Below are positions 9,841 to 23,182 of a stretch of DNA of 64,000 bases, piece by piece. The first letter of the stretch is position 1; the number at the start of each line of letters is the position of its first letter. The translations under genes and the position numbers were made by a program. Source of the stretch: Podarcis cretensis (Eukaryota); the NCBI GenBank assembly GCA_951804945.1, contig OX638156.1, forward strand, positions 43,896,001 through 43,960,000. Reading direction: 5' to 3'. The notes under the pieces are model-generated. The model was given only the letters and a program-made list of their open reading frames with translations. It did not search any database and was not told where the DNA came from.

Positions 9841-11207
9841 GTCATAAGTATTTGCATAATAGTATTAAGGATGACATTGTAGGGTCGAGAAATGAAAGAT
9901 GCCCTGGCAAATTTCTAAAATGAACCCAGACGGTTCAATCAATTTAAATGCAAATTGCAAAAGTCCTCTGAAAGATTTTAAATTGTGAGCACTATTAGCC
10001 ATTGTATGATATATCATAGCATAGTTCCCACTGACTGATAGAGCTGACTAGGGTGTATCCTTTTAGCTTGTGAATAAGGGTCATTTTAAGAGCTACTTTG
10101 AAACTTCAGGAATTTGGTGCCAGAGTTTGCTTGTTTTCCTCTGCCCACCTCATGCTCATTTCCTTGTGTGCTGTGCCTTTTAGGTTGCATGGTTGCGGAT
10201 AGGGGTGTTATTTTCTAATTGATCTTACATAAGATGTTCTTTTTTAGTCTTTTTGACTGAAGAGTAGGATAAAGATGATCTATGCTGTGAATCTGCGGAT
10301 GAAGGGCAACATACTACTACTACTTATTACTGTTGTTGTTGTTGTTGTTGTTATTATTATTATTATTAAACTGAAATATAAATATATATTTCCCCATACA
10401 TATTTTCATTCCCATAGCAAACTAGCATGTCACAGAGAATTTTAAGCTGAAACCCGTCATATCTAGTTTCCTATGTAGCAATGCTTTTTCTATGCAAAGA
10501 AGATGTATACAATCAGATGACTGCTGCCACCAGCAGTCTCTGAACTGGTACACAAATATGCCACTTCAGTGAGGTCTAGGCATTTTGCTTCCTTTCCTGC
10601 CTGCCATTATTTTTTGTTTGCCTGAACAAATAGATGCAGAAACCTTGGTCATTCTGTTCACCGACTTCCGTCTGATCAAGGCTGTGAGAAACATCTGGCT
10701 TTGTTCACCAGGTAGCACCTGCACAAAAAATTACACCTGTTCTGAGAGTCATTTTACAAACTTTGGTAATTAAAGTGAGGCAATGTAATCGGAGAAAAGC
10801 AGGAAGGTGAAGCGTTTAGAATATTCTGTTCCATATAAACAAACTGCTTTAGCACATTAGTACCAATTATTTCATTCAAAAAGTCTGGAAGTTTGCCTGC
10901 CCCCTCCCTAGTGGTGTGATTTCACCTTTAAAAATAATAAAAATAGTAGTAAACTTCAAACTCGGAACTGACAGTTTCCCTCTCCTGATTTCTGTAGGGA
11001 TATGATCCATAAAACTGCATATTGTTCAGCATTCCAGCTGAGCTCTATAAAGATGTTAGGTGACTCCATGTCTCTCCAAAGTTTAAGTGTGTTCATTTCC
11101 AGTTTTTCCATACATGGTAATCCATTGGATTGTTGGACAGTCTGCTGGGACTAAACATACAGACAGATTCATGAAAGTTTGGTTTGAGTGAAATGCTGCT
11201 GTTTACA

Positions 11208-11430
11208 TCATAAGAATTTAAGGAAATCCCTGTTGGAGCAGATCAATGGCCCATCTGGCTGAGCAGTGTTTCTCACAGTGACCATCCACAGGACACTGGC
11301 AAGCCCACAAACTGGACACAATGTCAATAGCCATTCTCCTGCCATTGCTTCCCAGCAATTGAGAGCTGGAGACAGTACAATGCCATCATTGATAGAGGTA
11401 TCTTCCACGAAGCCACCTTAACAATTGGCC
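11208..11430 (-). mobile_element. Old CR1-type 3' end fragment; relatives at ~9335-9500, 25225-25475, 40215-40490 and 61517-61737
   Basis: Recurrent motif gatcaatggcccatctgg..cagtgtttctcacagtg with a cataaga-like tail. Confidence 0.6.
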
Positions 11431-11792
11431 AATAACACATTTGTGGCAGCAAATCCCATCAATTCACTATTTTTTTCTATTTTAATTTTTAAGGGCATTT
11501 CTAAACCACCAACTCATGGCAGTATACAATGCACTGTTTGAAGAAGCCTTTTGCCTATCTTTCTGCCCACCACTTTCATGCCTCTCCTTCAGCAAGACAA
11601 AATGCCTCTCCTTCAGCAAGACATCACCTGTATATGCATTTTAATGCACACCTTTCCTTAATATGTACATATTTGTACACAGTATTTGGCTGCAGAGCTG
11701 CATTGTGCAATTTGTAGAAGTTCAAATTTTGAAGGATGGCTGTGTTTCATTTCATGCATTGGTTTTGGGAAGTACAAATTTGATATTGAGAG

Positions 11793-12026
11793 ATTTGATA
11801 TCCCGCTTTATCACTACCCAAAGGAGTCTAAAAGTGGCTAACATTCTCCTTTCCCTTCCTCCCCCACAACAAACACTCTGTGAGGTGAGTGAGGTTGAGA
11901 GACTTCAGAGAGAGGTGTGACTAGCCCAAGGTCACCCAGCAGCTGCATGTGGAGGAGTGGAGACGCAAACCCAGTTCCCCAGATTACGAGGCTACCGCTC
12001 TTAACCACTACACCACACTGGCTCTC
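11793..12026 (-). mobile_element. tRNA-derived CORE SINE (Squam3/MIR-like)
   Basis: Reverse complement begins gagagccagtgtggtgtagtggttaagagcgg (A box) and contains the CORE motif gggtgaccttgggctagtcac. Confidence 0.85.
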
Positions 12027-13567
12027 AAGAGGAGGTGAGGTGTAGTGTACTGGTTCTGAAGAATTTCATTAGACAATGTTTTGGGGGTCTGCTTTTGTTT
12101 GTGGACAGCGCCGGTCTGACAGACAATTAACCATTCTGGTCATTCTCCTCTGGAGAGACTCTAGGGCAGAGATGCCTGTGTGGCTCAGAGTGAGATGGAA
12201 TTGTTTCCCAGGGAGCTGGATTGTGGGGAGCAGGAGGGGGTTTGATAAGGAAGTGGAACTATGTGGCTCAGAGTTGAAGGGGAGACATGGGGGGGGGGAT
12301 CTGAAGTATGGTAGTGGTTGAGTTTCAGGGATAGGACAATCAGGGGGACAGGAATGTGTGGAGGGGGACAAGTCTGTAGCAATGGCTCAGTGTTCCATGG
12401 GGCAGTGCTTGGGGGTTAGCTCTTATGTTCCAAGTGCCAGCATTTTGCTTTAGTAAAGCCTATGTCTAAAATCCTCACAATGGTGCTCTTCTGGGTGCAC
12501 ACTTGCTTGTCAATCTCCTTCTTAAAATATGGTGTCCATATTGTTATGAGAATAAAATGAGGTGAAGGGGGAGAACCACGTACACCACTCTAATCTGCTC
12601 GGAGGATTGGTGGTGAACGTAATAAATTAATAAATGTCTAATTCTCATGGAGGTAATTTGACTAGCAGACAGCTTGTCTTTCCATATATGAATCAACCAA
12701 CTCTCAACTTCTCAACCAGTTCCCTTTCTATGGTCTTGAAATGTGATGGCAGGTTTCCTTATAACCGTCTGGTGTCTTCTGCACTTATTAGTTCAGAGAA
12801 GCATTTAGCTGACTATAACCGGGTTTCATTGCATACAGTGTTACTTGTATGTCCTGAGGGCTGAGGTTTTAATTTCTGGCAATGGAGCACAGGTGTGGTG
12901 GATCCTATTTCAGGGAACTGGATTAGATTATACTTTGAGTCCTTTCTGTCTCTCCAACTTGACTTTACTATAAATGTAATAGATCTAGACTCAGATAAGC
13001 CAACACTTGCACAAGCTTCTGGCTCCATGAGAAATAAGTTAGTGCCTGGGAAAGGATTTCTTGGGTTCTTCTTGCCCCTGCCAACATCAGCATGAATTCA
13101 CACAAGGAGAATGGACCTCCAAGCTAAGAAACCCTTGTTTAAGAATTGAATGCATAGGTGTATCTGCTACTGGGGCTTACTGAATTTGTTTGCCAGTTAC
13201 CTTCATTGGAATAGCACTATACAGCTCATCCCATACCCCTCAGCTGCCCTGATTGAATTGGGGCATGCTGTTTTTGGGAGCTGTGCTCTCAAGCAAGAGC
13301 CACAGAGCCCCAAAATGTATAAGATCACAGCATTGCACAGGAGTGTAGTCTGGAAGATGTGCATCCCGGTTTTCGGCCTCAACTTGTTGGACGGCATGCA
13401 GGGGCGGAGGTAGGGGGGTGCGGTGGATGCAGGCCACCCTGGGTATCACCACTGAGGGGAGTGACAAAATGCCGGGCGGCACTCACTGTGGGGCCTGCAG
13501 TGCGCCCGAGCCATGCATCTCTCCTGGGAGAGACACGGTGGCTTAGGCGTGCGCAGGTTCCGTGCTG

Positions 13568-13725
13568 CAGTGGCGTAGCGTGGGGGGTGCAGGGGGGGCC
13601 GGCCGCACCGGGCGCAACATCTGGGGTTAGGGCAAATCCACGGGTTAGGGGGCGCAAATCCACGGGTTAGGGGGCGCAAATTACTTGCCTTGCCCCGGGT
13701 GCTGACAACCCACGCTATGCCACTG
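13568..13725. mobile_element. Young hAT MITE nested in 13399-14089
   Basis: TIR cagtggcgtagcgtggg / cccacgctatgccactg; perfect 8-bp TSD ccgtgctg. Confidence 0.92.
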
Positions 13726-13837
13726 CCGTGCTGCCCAAGCGGTCTGCCTGCTGCCTCCCTCCCCAGCTGTAGGGCGGTTGAGTAGGAGGAGGCAGGCAGA
13801 CTCCGGAGGCCCCACGGTGTGCCCTGCCCCTATGTGC

Positions 13838-14069
13838 AGCTCACACAGCCCCTGGGCGCACTGCCCCAGGAACCCGAGCTCACACAGCCCCTGGGCACAC
13901 TGCCCCAGGAGCCCGAGCTCACACAGCCCCTTGGCGCACTGCCCCAGGAGCCCGAGCTCACAGCCCCTGGGCACACTGCCCCAGGAGCCTGAGCTCACAC
14001 AGCCCCTTGGCGCACTGCCCCAGGAGCCCGAGCTCACACAGCCCCTGAGCGCACTGCCCCAGGAGCCCG
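13838..14069. repeat. 39-bp minisatellite, 6 copies (one of 37 bp)
   Basis: Unit agctcacacagcccctgggcgcactgccccaggagcccg, directly adjacent copies with no spacers. Confidence 0.95.
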
Positions 14070-16238
14070 AGCGGCTTCCTCTGCCACTGACAGTATGTAA
14101 TCCTACTTGTAAACTGAAGCTGATAAAATTTCTTGAAGCCCCCATGTCAGTCCCTCCGAAAACCACATCACTGTTAATAGGACTAGGATATCCACATTGA
14201 TGCATAACCACAATTCATTTGAGCTGACTCCTGTGTCTGCAGGCTACATGTGCAGTTGTAGCTACTGGGCAATGGTGGGCAGAACGCACAAGAAGTATAC
14301 ATTTCCTACAATATGTGATCATACTGGAGAAATTATATATGCAAACATTAACATGAAGGTGCTGATTCACCCCAACACATTCAAGCCCTCTGGCAAAAGA
14401 AACTCATATTTAGATAATACTGAGTACATCAATTTCATTTTCTCTCATTTTCTCATTTTTCCTGTCCTTAACTTCAATCTACCACATTGTGATTTTTTAA
14501 AGTCCTCATGAAAATGCACCAACATTTTAGTGTGCATTTCACCTAACCTGAAATTTAAAAATAAAATGTAAAATCAAGCATAAAACAAAATTAGCACAGA
14601 AAATAGGTGTGAAACAGGTATGAAAAAGCAAAGCAGAGACAAAAGGGGGCTGGAAACATCAGTGATACATTCCACACCTTTGGCATAATAGAGATAATGT
14701 CTAAACATCTTAGTTCAATGCAGTGTTGTCTAATATACACATTTTTACAAGCAGTTCCACTTAGTAGAATGAAATCAGTTTCTGTCCTAGTGCAAGCAGC
14801 AGTTTCAGGAGGGGTGTTTGTGTGCACGCACATGTATGTGTATGTATGTGCTTGTCACAAAGAGCACAGAAGTGAGGAAGGGATAAACTCTCCCCCCGCC
14901 CCCACTGTGGCCCTTCTGCTGTTCACTTCCTAGGACACACATGGCTGCCATTTCTTTCTTCTTTCTTCTTCTTCTTTTTTAAAAAATGCTTGTTAATTGC
15001 ATTCATGCAATTAATGCCACATCATCATCTGGCCCAGAAAGGCTGAGGTCATGACTCCTTATTGCTCAGCATAATGTGGGATCACGACAATGCTCTTCGT
15101 TAGGGCTGGCATGGGAACTGTGGTTAGAATCCACACTGTTTTAATAATCTAATTGGCATTGTTTGCATTACAGTACTGCCCAGAGACAGAACTATATATT
15201 AAAAGATGGTGCCTTCCTCAAGAGGCTTTCCACAGTCCAGAGTGTGGAGGCAGACAAAGTGTGGGAGGCAAAACAGAGGCAAAGACAAGTGTGCATAGGA
15301 GGGCATTGGCGACAGCCAGGAATAGAGCCCCAATAGCTTTCAATCTCGTACTTTACTAGTCTCATTAGCAGCACTCCTGAATTATTATTTTCTCCTCCTC
15401 CTCCTTCTCTTCCTTCTCCCCCTGCACCTTATTCACCAGAACTTCTGAAACAGACTGGGGGGGTGGCTGATGCAATGTCCTGATGTCACATGTCACATCA
15501 CGAGGAGCTAGGGGGTGGCAGCACGGCTCCAGCGGCCGGCAGCCCCTGTCCTTCTCCTCCCCCTGCCACACAAGGGAAAGACGGGGGAAGGCACCCCCAG
15601 CCAGTGGCGGTGGCAGCAGCAGCAGGAGCTTCCGGCCACCAAAGACACACTGTGCCGCGTTCGCCCTCCTCTGCCCTCTGAACAACTGAGGGAGCTGTCC
15701 TCTGTGTGTTTGGTTGAATGCCTCTCTCTTATATACAAGGCCTGAAATAAGAAAGGAAAACCTTTCTTCTCCTTTTGCCTCAAATTATCTTCTGTTTTTC
15801 TTCAGTTATCCTCTGGTGTTATTCTAGTCAAACTGCCCAGGCTTTTAATGAACAGTAATGGTGAGGTTTAGCTGCTTCCTGTTTGGGATTTCTTGGTTTG
15901 TTTGTTTTTATTCTACTGTTTTATCCTGATGCTGATGCTGATGCCGATGCTGAGCAGTGCATTGTTTTTCCTAACAAGCTTTATAGTAAGCTGCCTTAGA
16001 ATTTTTGTATTTCTAAGACAGGAGCGAGCCCACTGAGAAGAAATATTGTGGTGCAACTGCAGCAGCACAACTGGGTGCCTTCATCTGCTCCAGCTGCAAC
16101 AAAGCATCTCTCTCCCACATCAGTCTCTACTGCCATGGCAGGTGCTGCAACCTTCCAACAGTTTGACTTCACCCCCAAAGGCACACTCTTCCATTGTCTC
16201 TGGGGACAGATGGATGCCAACAATAAAGCAGGATATAA

Positions 16239-16585
16239 GGGACACAGGTGGTGCAGTGGTGTAAACCACTGAGCCTCTTGGACTTGCTGATCAGAAGGTC
16301 GGCAGTTCAAATACCCATAACAGGGTGAGCTCCCGTTGCTTGGTCCCAGCTCCTGCCAACCTAGCAGTAGATAAATAGCTACTGCTCCGGTGGGAAGGTA
16401 AACAGCATTTCCAAGTGATGCTCTGGTGTCGCCAGAAGTGGCTTAGTCATGCTGGCCATATGACCCAGGAAAACTGTATGCGGACAAACGCCGGTTCCCT
16501 CGGCCTGTAAAGCTAGATGAGCGCCACAACCCCAGAGTTGTCTGCAACTGGACTTAACTGTCAGGGGTCCTTTACCTTTACCTTT
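16239..16585 (+). mobile_element. Sauria SINE (Squam1/POM-like), full length
   Basis: gggacacaggtggtgcagtgg tRNA-like head, B box-like gttcaaat, tail cctttacctttaccttt, flanked by tataa(ggg). Confidence 0.92.
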
Positions 16586-18119
16586 TTATAAGGGCTTTAG
16601 TTAGACAGAGAGATGCACAGTTCACTCACCCTACTGACTGAGGTGGTGCTTATGGGACAGAGACAGAGTCAGCACACATGTATCCATGCTCCTCATGTGC
16701 TCCTACCCCATTAGTTGCTTGAAAACCCCAATAGGGCTAAGATCGTCCATCAGAAAACTTTTGTGGAAAGTAGTTACAGTCTGGAGAGTCCTCTCCCTCC
16801 TGCCCCCCCCCATACATCCGCTTTTTGTTTTTCTAGCAGAGTGCAAGTTGCCAACCTACCTTCCATTCAATCTGATTGCACTCAACAGCTTTCTCTCCCA
16901 CCCCCTCCTGGCCTGCCCAACTGCTAATTAAATTTTGCTGCACTTTAGAATCAGCAATATTCCAGCAGTCAAAAAAAACCATACACACCTTTACCCCGGC
17001 GCATCTGTAACTACTCTGGAAATAAAGTGTTCCCTTGTCGTTTGCAGAGGTACACATATATTTACACAGACAAACATACACGCTCAACATTGGCAGTAAA
17101 CTTTCAGCAACCCGACTAGGATGAAGATTTAAAGGATTGACATTTTGCATTCTTCTCTCTTTCCCCTTCCTTCACCCAGCCCCGCTCATTATCTTTGCAT
17201 ATCTTTATTTTCTAAATATTTACCACTCCAGCCAAATTTACAGTTTAATTTGCTGCATAAACTCATTTATAGACTGATAAAGCTCATTACTAAGGCCTGG
17301 CCTAGGCCAGAGAGCGCCCCGACAGTTTTAATTCCTGTAGCAGCAGGTGATGGCAAGAGAAAAACAATCTTGTCACATTAGCGGCAGGGGTCTAAATTAT
17401 TCAAATACTCTAAATCCTCCCAGAATAGTTCCCCTGCTCATAATTTGTCTTTTCTTGCCAACAATTAACTAGCAAGATTTGAAGTTAACTATGCCAACTA
17501 TTCTGAAATCTCAAGGAACATAGAAGTATGCACATGCAGTCAAAAGCTCTTTGATCTGACTGCATTAGACAGACCACAAGTTTCTCTGCCTCCTGGACCT
17601 CTGATCAGCTCCCAGACACACTACCACTTTACTCTAGAGGAGCGTGAGATATTTGGGTTTGTTTGATATATGTCATGTTAATTTGTTTTATTCCTGCTCC
17701 TGCAGTGGTTGTCCTGATGACTGCCATTTTGTTTTGTTTTTTAAAGAATGCCCTAAACATTGCCTCATTCACAAACACTCAGGGTGTGTGTGTGTGGCAT
17801 GGGTGTTTGCCTTTTGGGGTGTGGCAGCCCCATAACAACACTAAGTATGGTGGAGGGGTGGCCAGCGTGGTAGCCTTCGAATGCCATTGGGCTCCAATAC
17901 CTATCAATGTCTAGTGGCACCACATAGATCAGGGTGCTAGGAGGCTTTATGGGAAAATAAGGTGGCCAGCCTCCACCTCCAGTCTGAAGCGTTACAAATC
18001 AGTCACAGTTTTTACAGTACTTGTAACAACAGACCTCCCTTCAGGACAGATTCATATGTTTCTATACACATACAGTCCTTATTCATTTCAGTAGCGTGTT
18101 TACCGAGTGACCATAATAG

Positions 18120-18295
18120 TAGGGCTGTAGTTCAGTGGCAGAGCATCTGTCTTGCCTGCAGAAGGTTCAGTCCCCAGCATCTCCAGGTAGGGCTGAGAAT
18201 GTCTCCTGCAAAGCCACTGCAAGTCAGTGTCAACAGCACTGAGCTAGATGGACCAGTGGTCTGGCTCAGTATAAGGCAGCTTCCCATATTCCTAA
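18120..18295 (+). mobile_element. tRNA-derived SINE (Squam2-like); decayed relatives near 42060-42155, 58560-58740 and 61866-62035
   Basis: Head gggctgtagttcagtggcagagcat; 3' end gagctagatggaccagtggtctggctcagtataaggcagcttcc. Confidence 0.75.
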
Positions 18296-21200
18296 GAATG
18301 GAGAGAAAGCTGTCATGGCAGCTGTAATTTTCGGAAGACTGGAGTTTTCATAATCATCATTATAGTTTTCTCAAAACTTGAGTTACTGTATGTGTTGTCG
18401 TGTGATGCATATGTTTCTTTTTGACTTTTGGGAACATTACCTAACTACACAGTTGTAATGTTGACGTGGGCCCTTAGGTACGAAGCAATAGGGATGCAAT
18501 GATGCCCTTGAAGTTTTTCCTGGGTGCCGCAAAGCCTTTGAGCCCTTCTTTCTTTCCCTCTGATCATGAGTTGGCGAATGTGGCTAATGTATTCTCTTTT
18601 GAAAAGCACTTGTTGCTGAAGGAGGAAGTTGAAAGGGTAACACATTACCCTACCTCCTCTTTCAGCTCTATATGCTTTTCTAAACTCAGATTATTTCTGC
18701 TTACCTGAATATTTCACAAAAACATGGTGTCCATGTGTGCACACATTTGTTTATGGGCGTAAAATAGATGGTGGCCACTGGTGTATCATATTGAATAAAA
18801 TTTGCTGATTCCTTATGATTCCCTAACTCATGGGTTGTGTGCTAGTGGTGACTATACCAAGTCAGAAATGAATGTGAGACACAGGCTAGGATAAAGAAAA
18901 ATAAATGCAACTGTTAAATCAAAGTTCATGACCTGTATCATTCCATTTTAAAATGCTTGCAATTTAAATGGGGTGGCTGGATAATAATTTCCAAATCCCC
19001 CCTCTCTCTGTGTGTATGTGTTGGGTACTAAAATTAGTTAATACAGTGGTAAATGTGGTTTTCTGGGACATCATAAGGTTATGTCTCATTATTTTTATTT
19101 AAAAACGCTCCCTTTGATCTTGATTCAAAAGAAGTGGGTGGGTTGCTCGCGTCTCTCTTAGCTGTGTGGCTTTTACAAATTAAAAACCTACTTGGAATTG
19201 GTTATACAATATCAGCTTGTGTTCCTCTAAAACCAAGACCACCTTTGACTCTCAGTTGCCTCCCACCCCTTCCAATTCTTCTGAGAGGGAGTATATTACC
19301 AGTACTTGGGAAAGCTAGAGGGAGCTTGTGAAGTAAAAACTGCAGTTAGTAGTCAAGGCAAAGCTCTCTAACTGAGAAGCATAAAGACAAAATAAAATCA
19401 TTGGCACCTCAGCATAAAGATGTTTACATGGAATTGTGTGCCATTCATTTTGACGTGGCGTACTTAAGAGTGCAGTCTAATGTCTCCTTGTCATAAAATC
19501 AGTAGGGTCAAAGAAGCAAATTTAACACACTTCTGCAACCCAAATTAAAGCTGGGTTTAGACATTCATAATCAAGAGAATTTACAGTGCAATACTATTCA
19601 TGTGTAGTTGGAAATAAGACCCTGTGGGTTCAATGGAATTTAGTCCCTGTGTAAGTGTGCTAAGAGTGTTTAGAACTGCAGCTGTAGTGGCAAACTGAAA
19701 TAGTTGTGTTTTTTTTTCACCCAGAGGACATTGGTTGTTATCCAGCAAAAGTTACACACTTGTGCAGAGCAATCCTATGCAGATTAACTCAGAAGTAAAT
19801 CACATGCTGATTAGTTTTTTATAGGATTGCAGCTTTAGCCTCACCAATTTCAGAAGAGAGTTGAAAACATGCTCAACCCAGTGAAATCAGTTTGCCTTAA
19901 CAGTGCTTAATTTTGCTGGACCTGACCTTACATTTCTGGATACCATTTAGCCAACGTGAATTCCTTATTCCTAAATAAAGCATTAGATGAACGACCAGTG
20001 CTCTTAACAATGGACAGTATCCATCCAACGTTAATTCCTTCTGTGTCCTATAAATACTTCTAAGCCCTGTTCATTTCCATGAGTGAGTTGAACCTATAGC
20101 TCTCTTAATGAAATCAACAGGACTTTCAAGTGCTTAACTGTTTTTGGATCACATGTAGCGTCTGCACAATTCTCTTTCTCTGTCACGTCTAGCTTAGTGC
20201 AAAATTGATGCAGGCATTTAAAGCAATGTCTGAAACTAGTTTCCTTAGTCAGTTTCTGTTTAATTCAGCAAGCAGCGACTGGATGCGGGAATCTGCATGC
20301 CCACATGCCTGCCAGCATCTGTGTCACATTTTGCACATAACTGCTGACGATGCACACTGGAAATCTGGAAGCATGGTATTCCTATCCATGCCAGAATGCA
20401 TTAGAGGAGGGGGGATGGAGACTCAGATTCAAATCCACATTTCTTAATCTAGCCTAGATGGGATTGGAATTTTGAAGTATTATTGACATATATATGAAAC
20501 TCTCAATAGATACAATTATGAATTCAAGCATTTGCCAAAGTGTACTTCCTTTACCTATTTGAATCAGGGATTGAAAATTACATGGACTGTCTCTACGCAC
20601 TGAGAAATGTAGGAAGTAGACTTGGCCTGCACATCCCATCTGCGGTAGAATCTTTTTACAGTGGCCCCTGAAAGTTAACCATAATAGGTGGTATTCAACC
20701 ATGTTTTACTCAAAGTAGAACCACTTAAATTAATTAACATGATTAAGTTGGGTCCATTAATTTAAATAGTGAAACTTGTTTGAATTCTATCAAACGGGGA
20801 AAGCAGCCCTAAGTGCAGGGCAAAAAGTATTTAAATCCCTTCTCCCTTAACAAACAAACAACAATAATGCTGTATTTTATTTTCTTTCTGCCTGAAATAT
20901 ATTTCACTTATACTGGGGAAAGAAAAAAAAAGAAAAGATGAAATATCAGTGTACATATTTATATGTAACATTAAGCCAGTGTTGGAATTTACGGGCAGTA
21001 AAGCAATTCCAGAAATATTGTTTGTTGAATTAATTCAGTACATCTGGGAAAGACTAAAAATAGCTGGGAAGCATTCCAGGTTGAATGGGTTATGTGCCAG
21101 AAAACGATTCATTTTCATGTTGGTGAGATAGCAGTACTGATGCCAACACACATGTCATTTTGCAAGGGATAACTATATACATAGAATTTTAAATGTGCAT

Positions 21201-21462
21201 GCAGTGAAATCCCTGCTTATTTGCATGTTTTCTTATGCAGATGCTGATTATCAGCGTCCACCATCACTTTTAGCCTAGGCGATTAGCATTACATATTAAC
21301 AAGCAGAACGCACTAAATAGCTGACGTGTCAGTCAACTGTTACCTGGCAGTGATACCATTCCAGCTTTTCCATTAATCAAAGGCACACATAGTCAGCAAG
21401 ACTACATCTCCCAAGCATGCTTTAAAAATAAAACTAGGGTGGTGAAAAACTGACTTTTGCTG

Positions 21463-21497
<35 letters not shown>
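21463..21497. repeat. (AT)n microsatellite
   Basis: Direct reading. Confidence 0.95.
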
Positions 21498-21500
<3 letters not shown>

Positions 21501-22456
21501 CCTTTGTGCAAGTATGTGAATGCATGTACATTCAAGCATGCATGCTCCTGCATTGTGCATACAAAGATGCAATGGGTTGTATCTTCTACTCAGAGCAGAC
21601 CCATCGAAGTTAATGGACTTACATTCATTAATTTAAATAGATCTAGTTTGAGTGGAACTTAGTTGAATACAACCCAGTGGAGTTTGGGACAGCTGTTGTT
21701 TTATTTATAACAAATAATTAAATATTGGAATTGTATTTTAATAAATCAAAGTAGTACAAAACATAAACACACACATATATCTCCTGCATAAAACAGCCAG
21801 AATTACAAATCACCAGCCAAATGTCAAAAGGGAAGTCCCCCCCACCCTTAACTGTCTGTGTAAGCTTGATAGTATAGAAAAGTTTCGTGAAGCCTTCTAT
21901 ATAGGCTTCTTTAGGGTTCTATTTTATCCCCCATGCTGTTTAACATCTATGTGAAACTGCTGAGTGGGGTCATCTAGAGTTTTGGAGTACATTGCCAGGA
22001 ATATGCTGTTGACACACAGCTCTGCTTCCCCTTTATGTCTGTAGGTGAGGAAGCAGATGTGCTGGACTGTTGTCTTGTCTCGGTAATGGACTGGATGAGA
22101 ACCACTAAACAGAAACTAAATCCAGATATGACTGAGGCACTGTTAGTGGGTGATTTCCTAGACCAGGAGGATGGGAGGTTTCTTCCTCTTCATGGGGGTA
22201 GGTATGCAGCTTGGATCCTTTGCTGTCACTCAAGGTTCAGGTGGGCTTGGTGGCACAGGGTTTCTTCCATCAGCTTTGTCTGGTGGCTCAGCTGCATCCC
22301 TATCTGCACAGGGATAGCCTAACGTATATCATATATGCTCTGGTAACCTCTGGGTTGGATTACTGCAACATGTCATATGTGGAGCTGCCCCTGAAGACTG
22401 TTTGGAAACTGCAGCTGGTGCAGAATTCAATGGCCAGATTGCTCACTGAGGCAAAA

Positions 22457-23182
22457 TGTGGTACCTCTGGTTACGAACTTAATTCTTTCTGGAGGTCCGT
22501 TCTTAACCTGAAACCATTCTTAACCTGAGGTACCACTTTAGCTAATGGGGCCTCTCACTGCCACCGCACCACCTCTGCACGATTTCTGTTCTCATAATAA
22601 TAATAATATAATTTATTATTTATACCCCACTCATCTGGCTGGGTTTCCCCAGCCACTTTCGCAGCTCCCAATAGAATATTTAAAAAATGATAAAACACCA
22701 ACATAATTTTTTTTCCTAAACAGGGCTGCCTTCAGATGTCTTTTAAAAGTCAGGTAGTTGTTTATTTCGCTGACACCTGATGGGAGGGCGTTCCACAGGG
22801 TGGACGCCACTACTGAGAAGGCCCTCTGCCTGGTTCCCTGTAACTTCACTTCTCGCAGTGAGGAAACCAGCAGAAGACCCTTGGAGGAGGACCTCAGCAT
22901 CCAGGCAGAACGATTGGGGTGGAGATGCTCCTTCAGGTATACTGGGCCGAGGCCGTTTAGGGCTTTAAGGTCAGCACCAATACTTTGAATTGTGCTCGGA
23001 AATGTACTGGGAGCCAATGTAGGTCTTTCAGGACCGGTGTTATATGGTCTCGGCAGCCGCTCCCAGTCACCAGTTCTTATCCTGAGGTAAAGTTCTTAAC
23101 CCGAGGTACTACTTCCAGGTTAGCGGAGTCTGTAACCCAAAGTGTTTGTAACCCAAGGTGTTTGTAACCGGAGGTAGCACTG
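22457..23182. mobile_element. Tc1/mariner-type MITE split by an L2 insertion
   Basis: Ends gtggtacctc... / ...gaggtagcactg+ta; same TIR family as 42440-43701. Confidence 0.8.
22596..23072 (-). mobile_element. Younger 5'-truncated L2 3' end
   Basis: Minus translation KALNGLGPVYLKEHL...LRSSS...RAFSVVASTLWNALP; (tta)n tail; TSD gttctcat / gttcttat. Confidence 0.88.

Larger units (their letters stand above)
13399..14089. mobile_element. GC-rich hAT-type non-autonomous element hosting a nested MITE and a minisatellite
   Basis: TIR caggggcggagg / cctctgccactg; degenerate 8-bp TSD acggcatg / acagtatg. Confidence 0.8.

Noticed and set aside
13838-14069. CRISPR-like array, and the repetitive ORFs 13681-14211 and 13778-14200
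   Set aside because: Units are directly adjacent with no unique spacers, there are no cas genes, and the context is eukaryotic; the ORFs are translations of a minisatellite
18120-18190. tRNA gene
   Set aside because: Degenerate tRNA-derived SINE head with no complete cloverleaf
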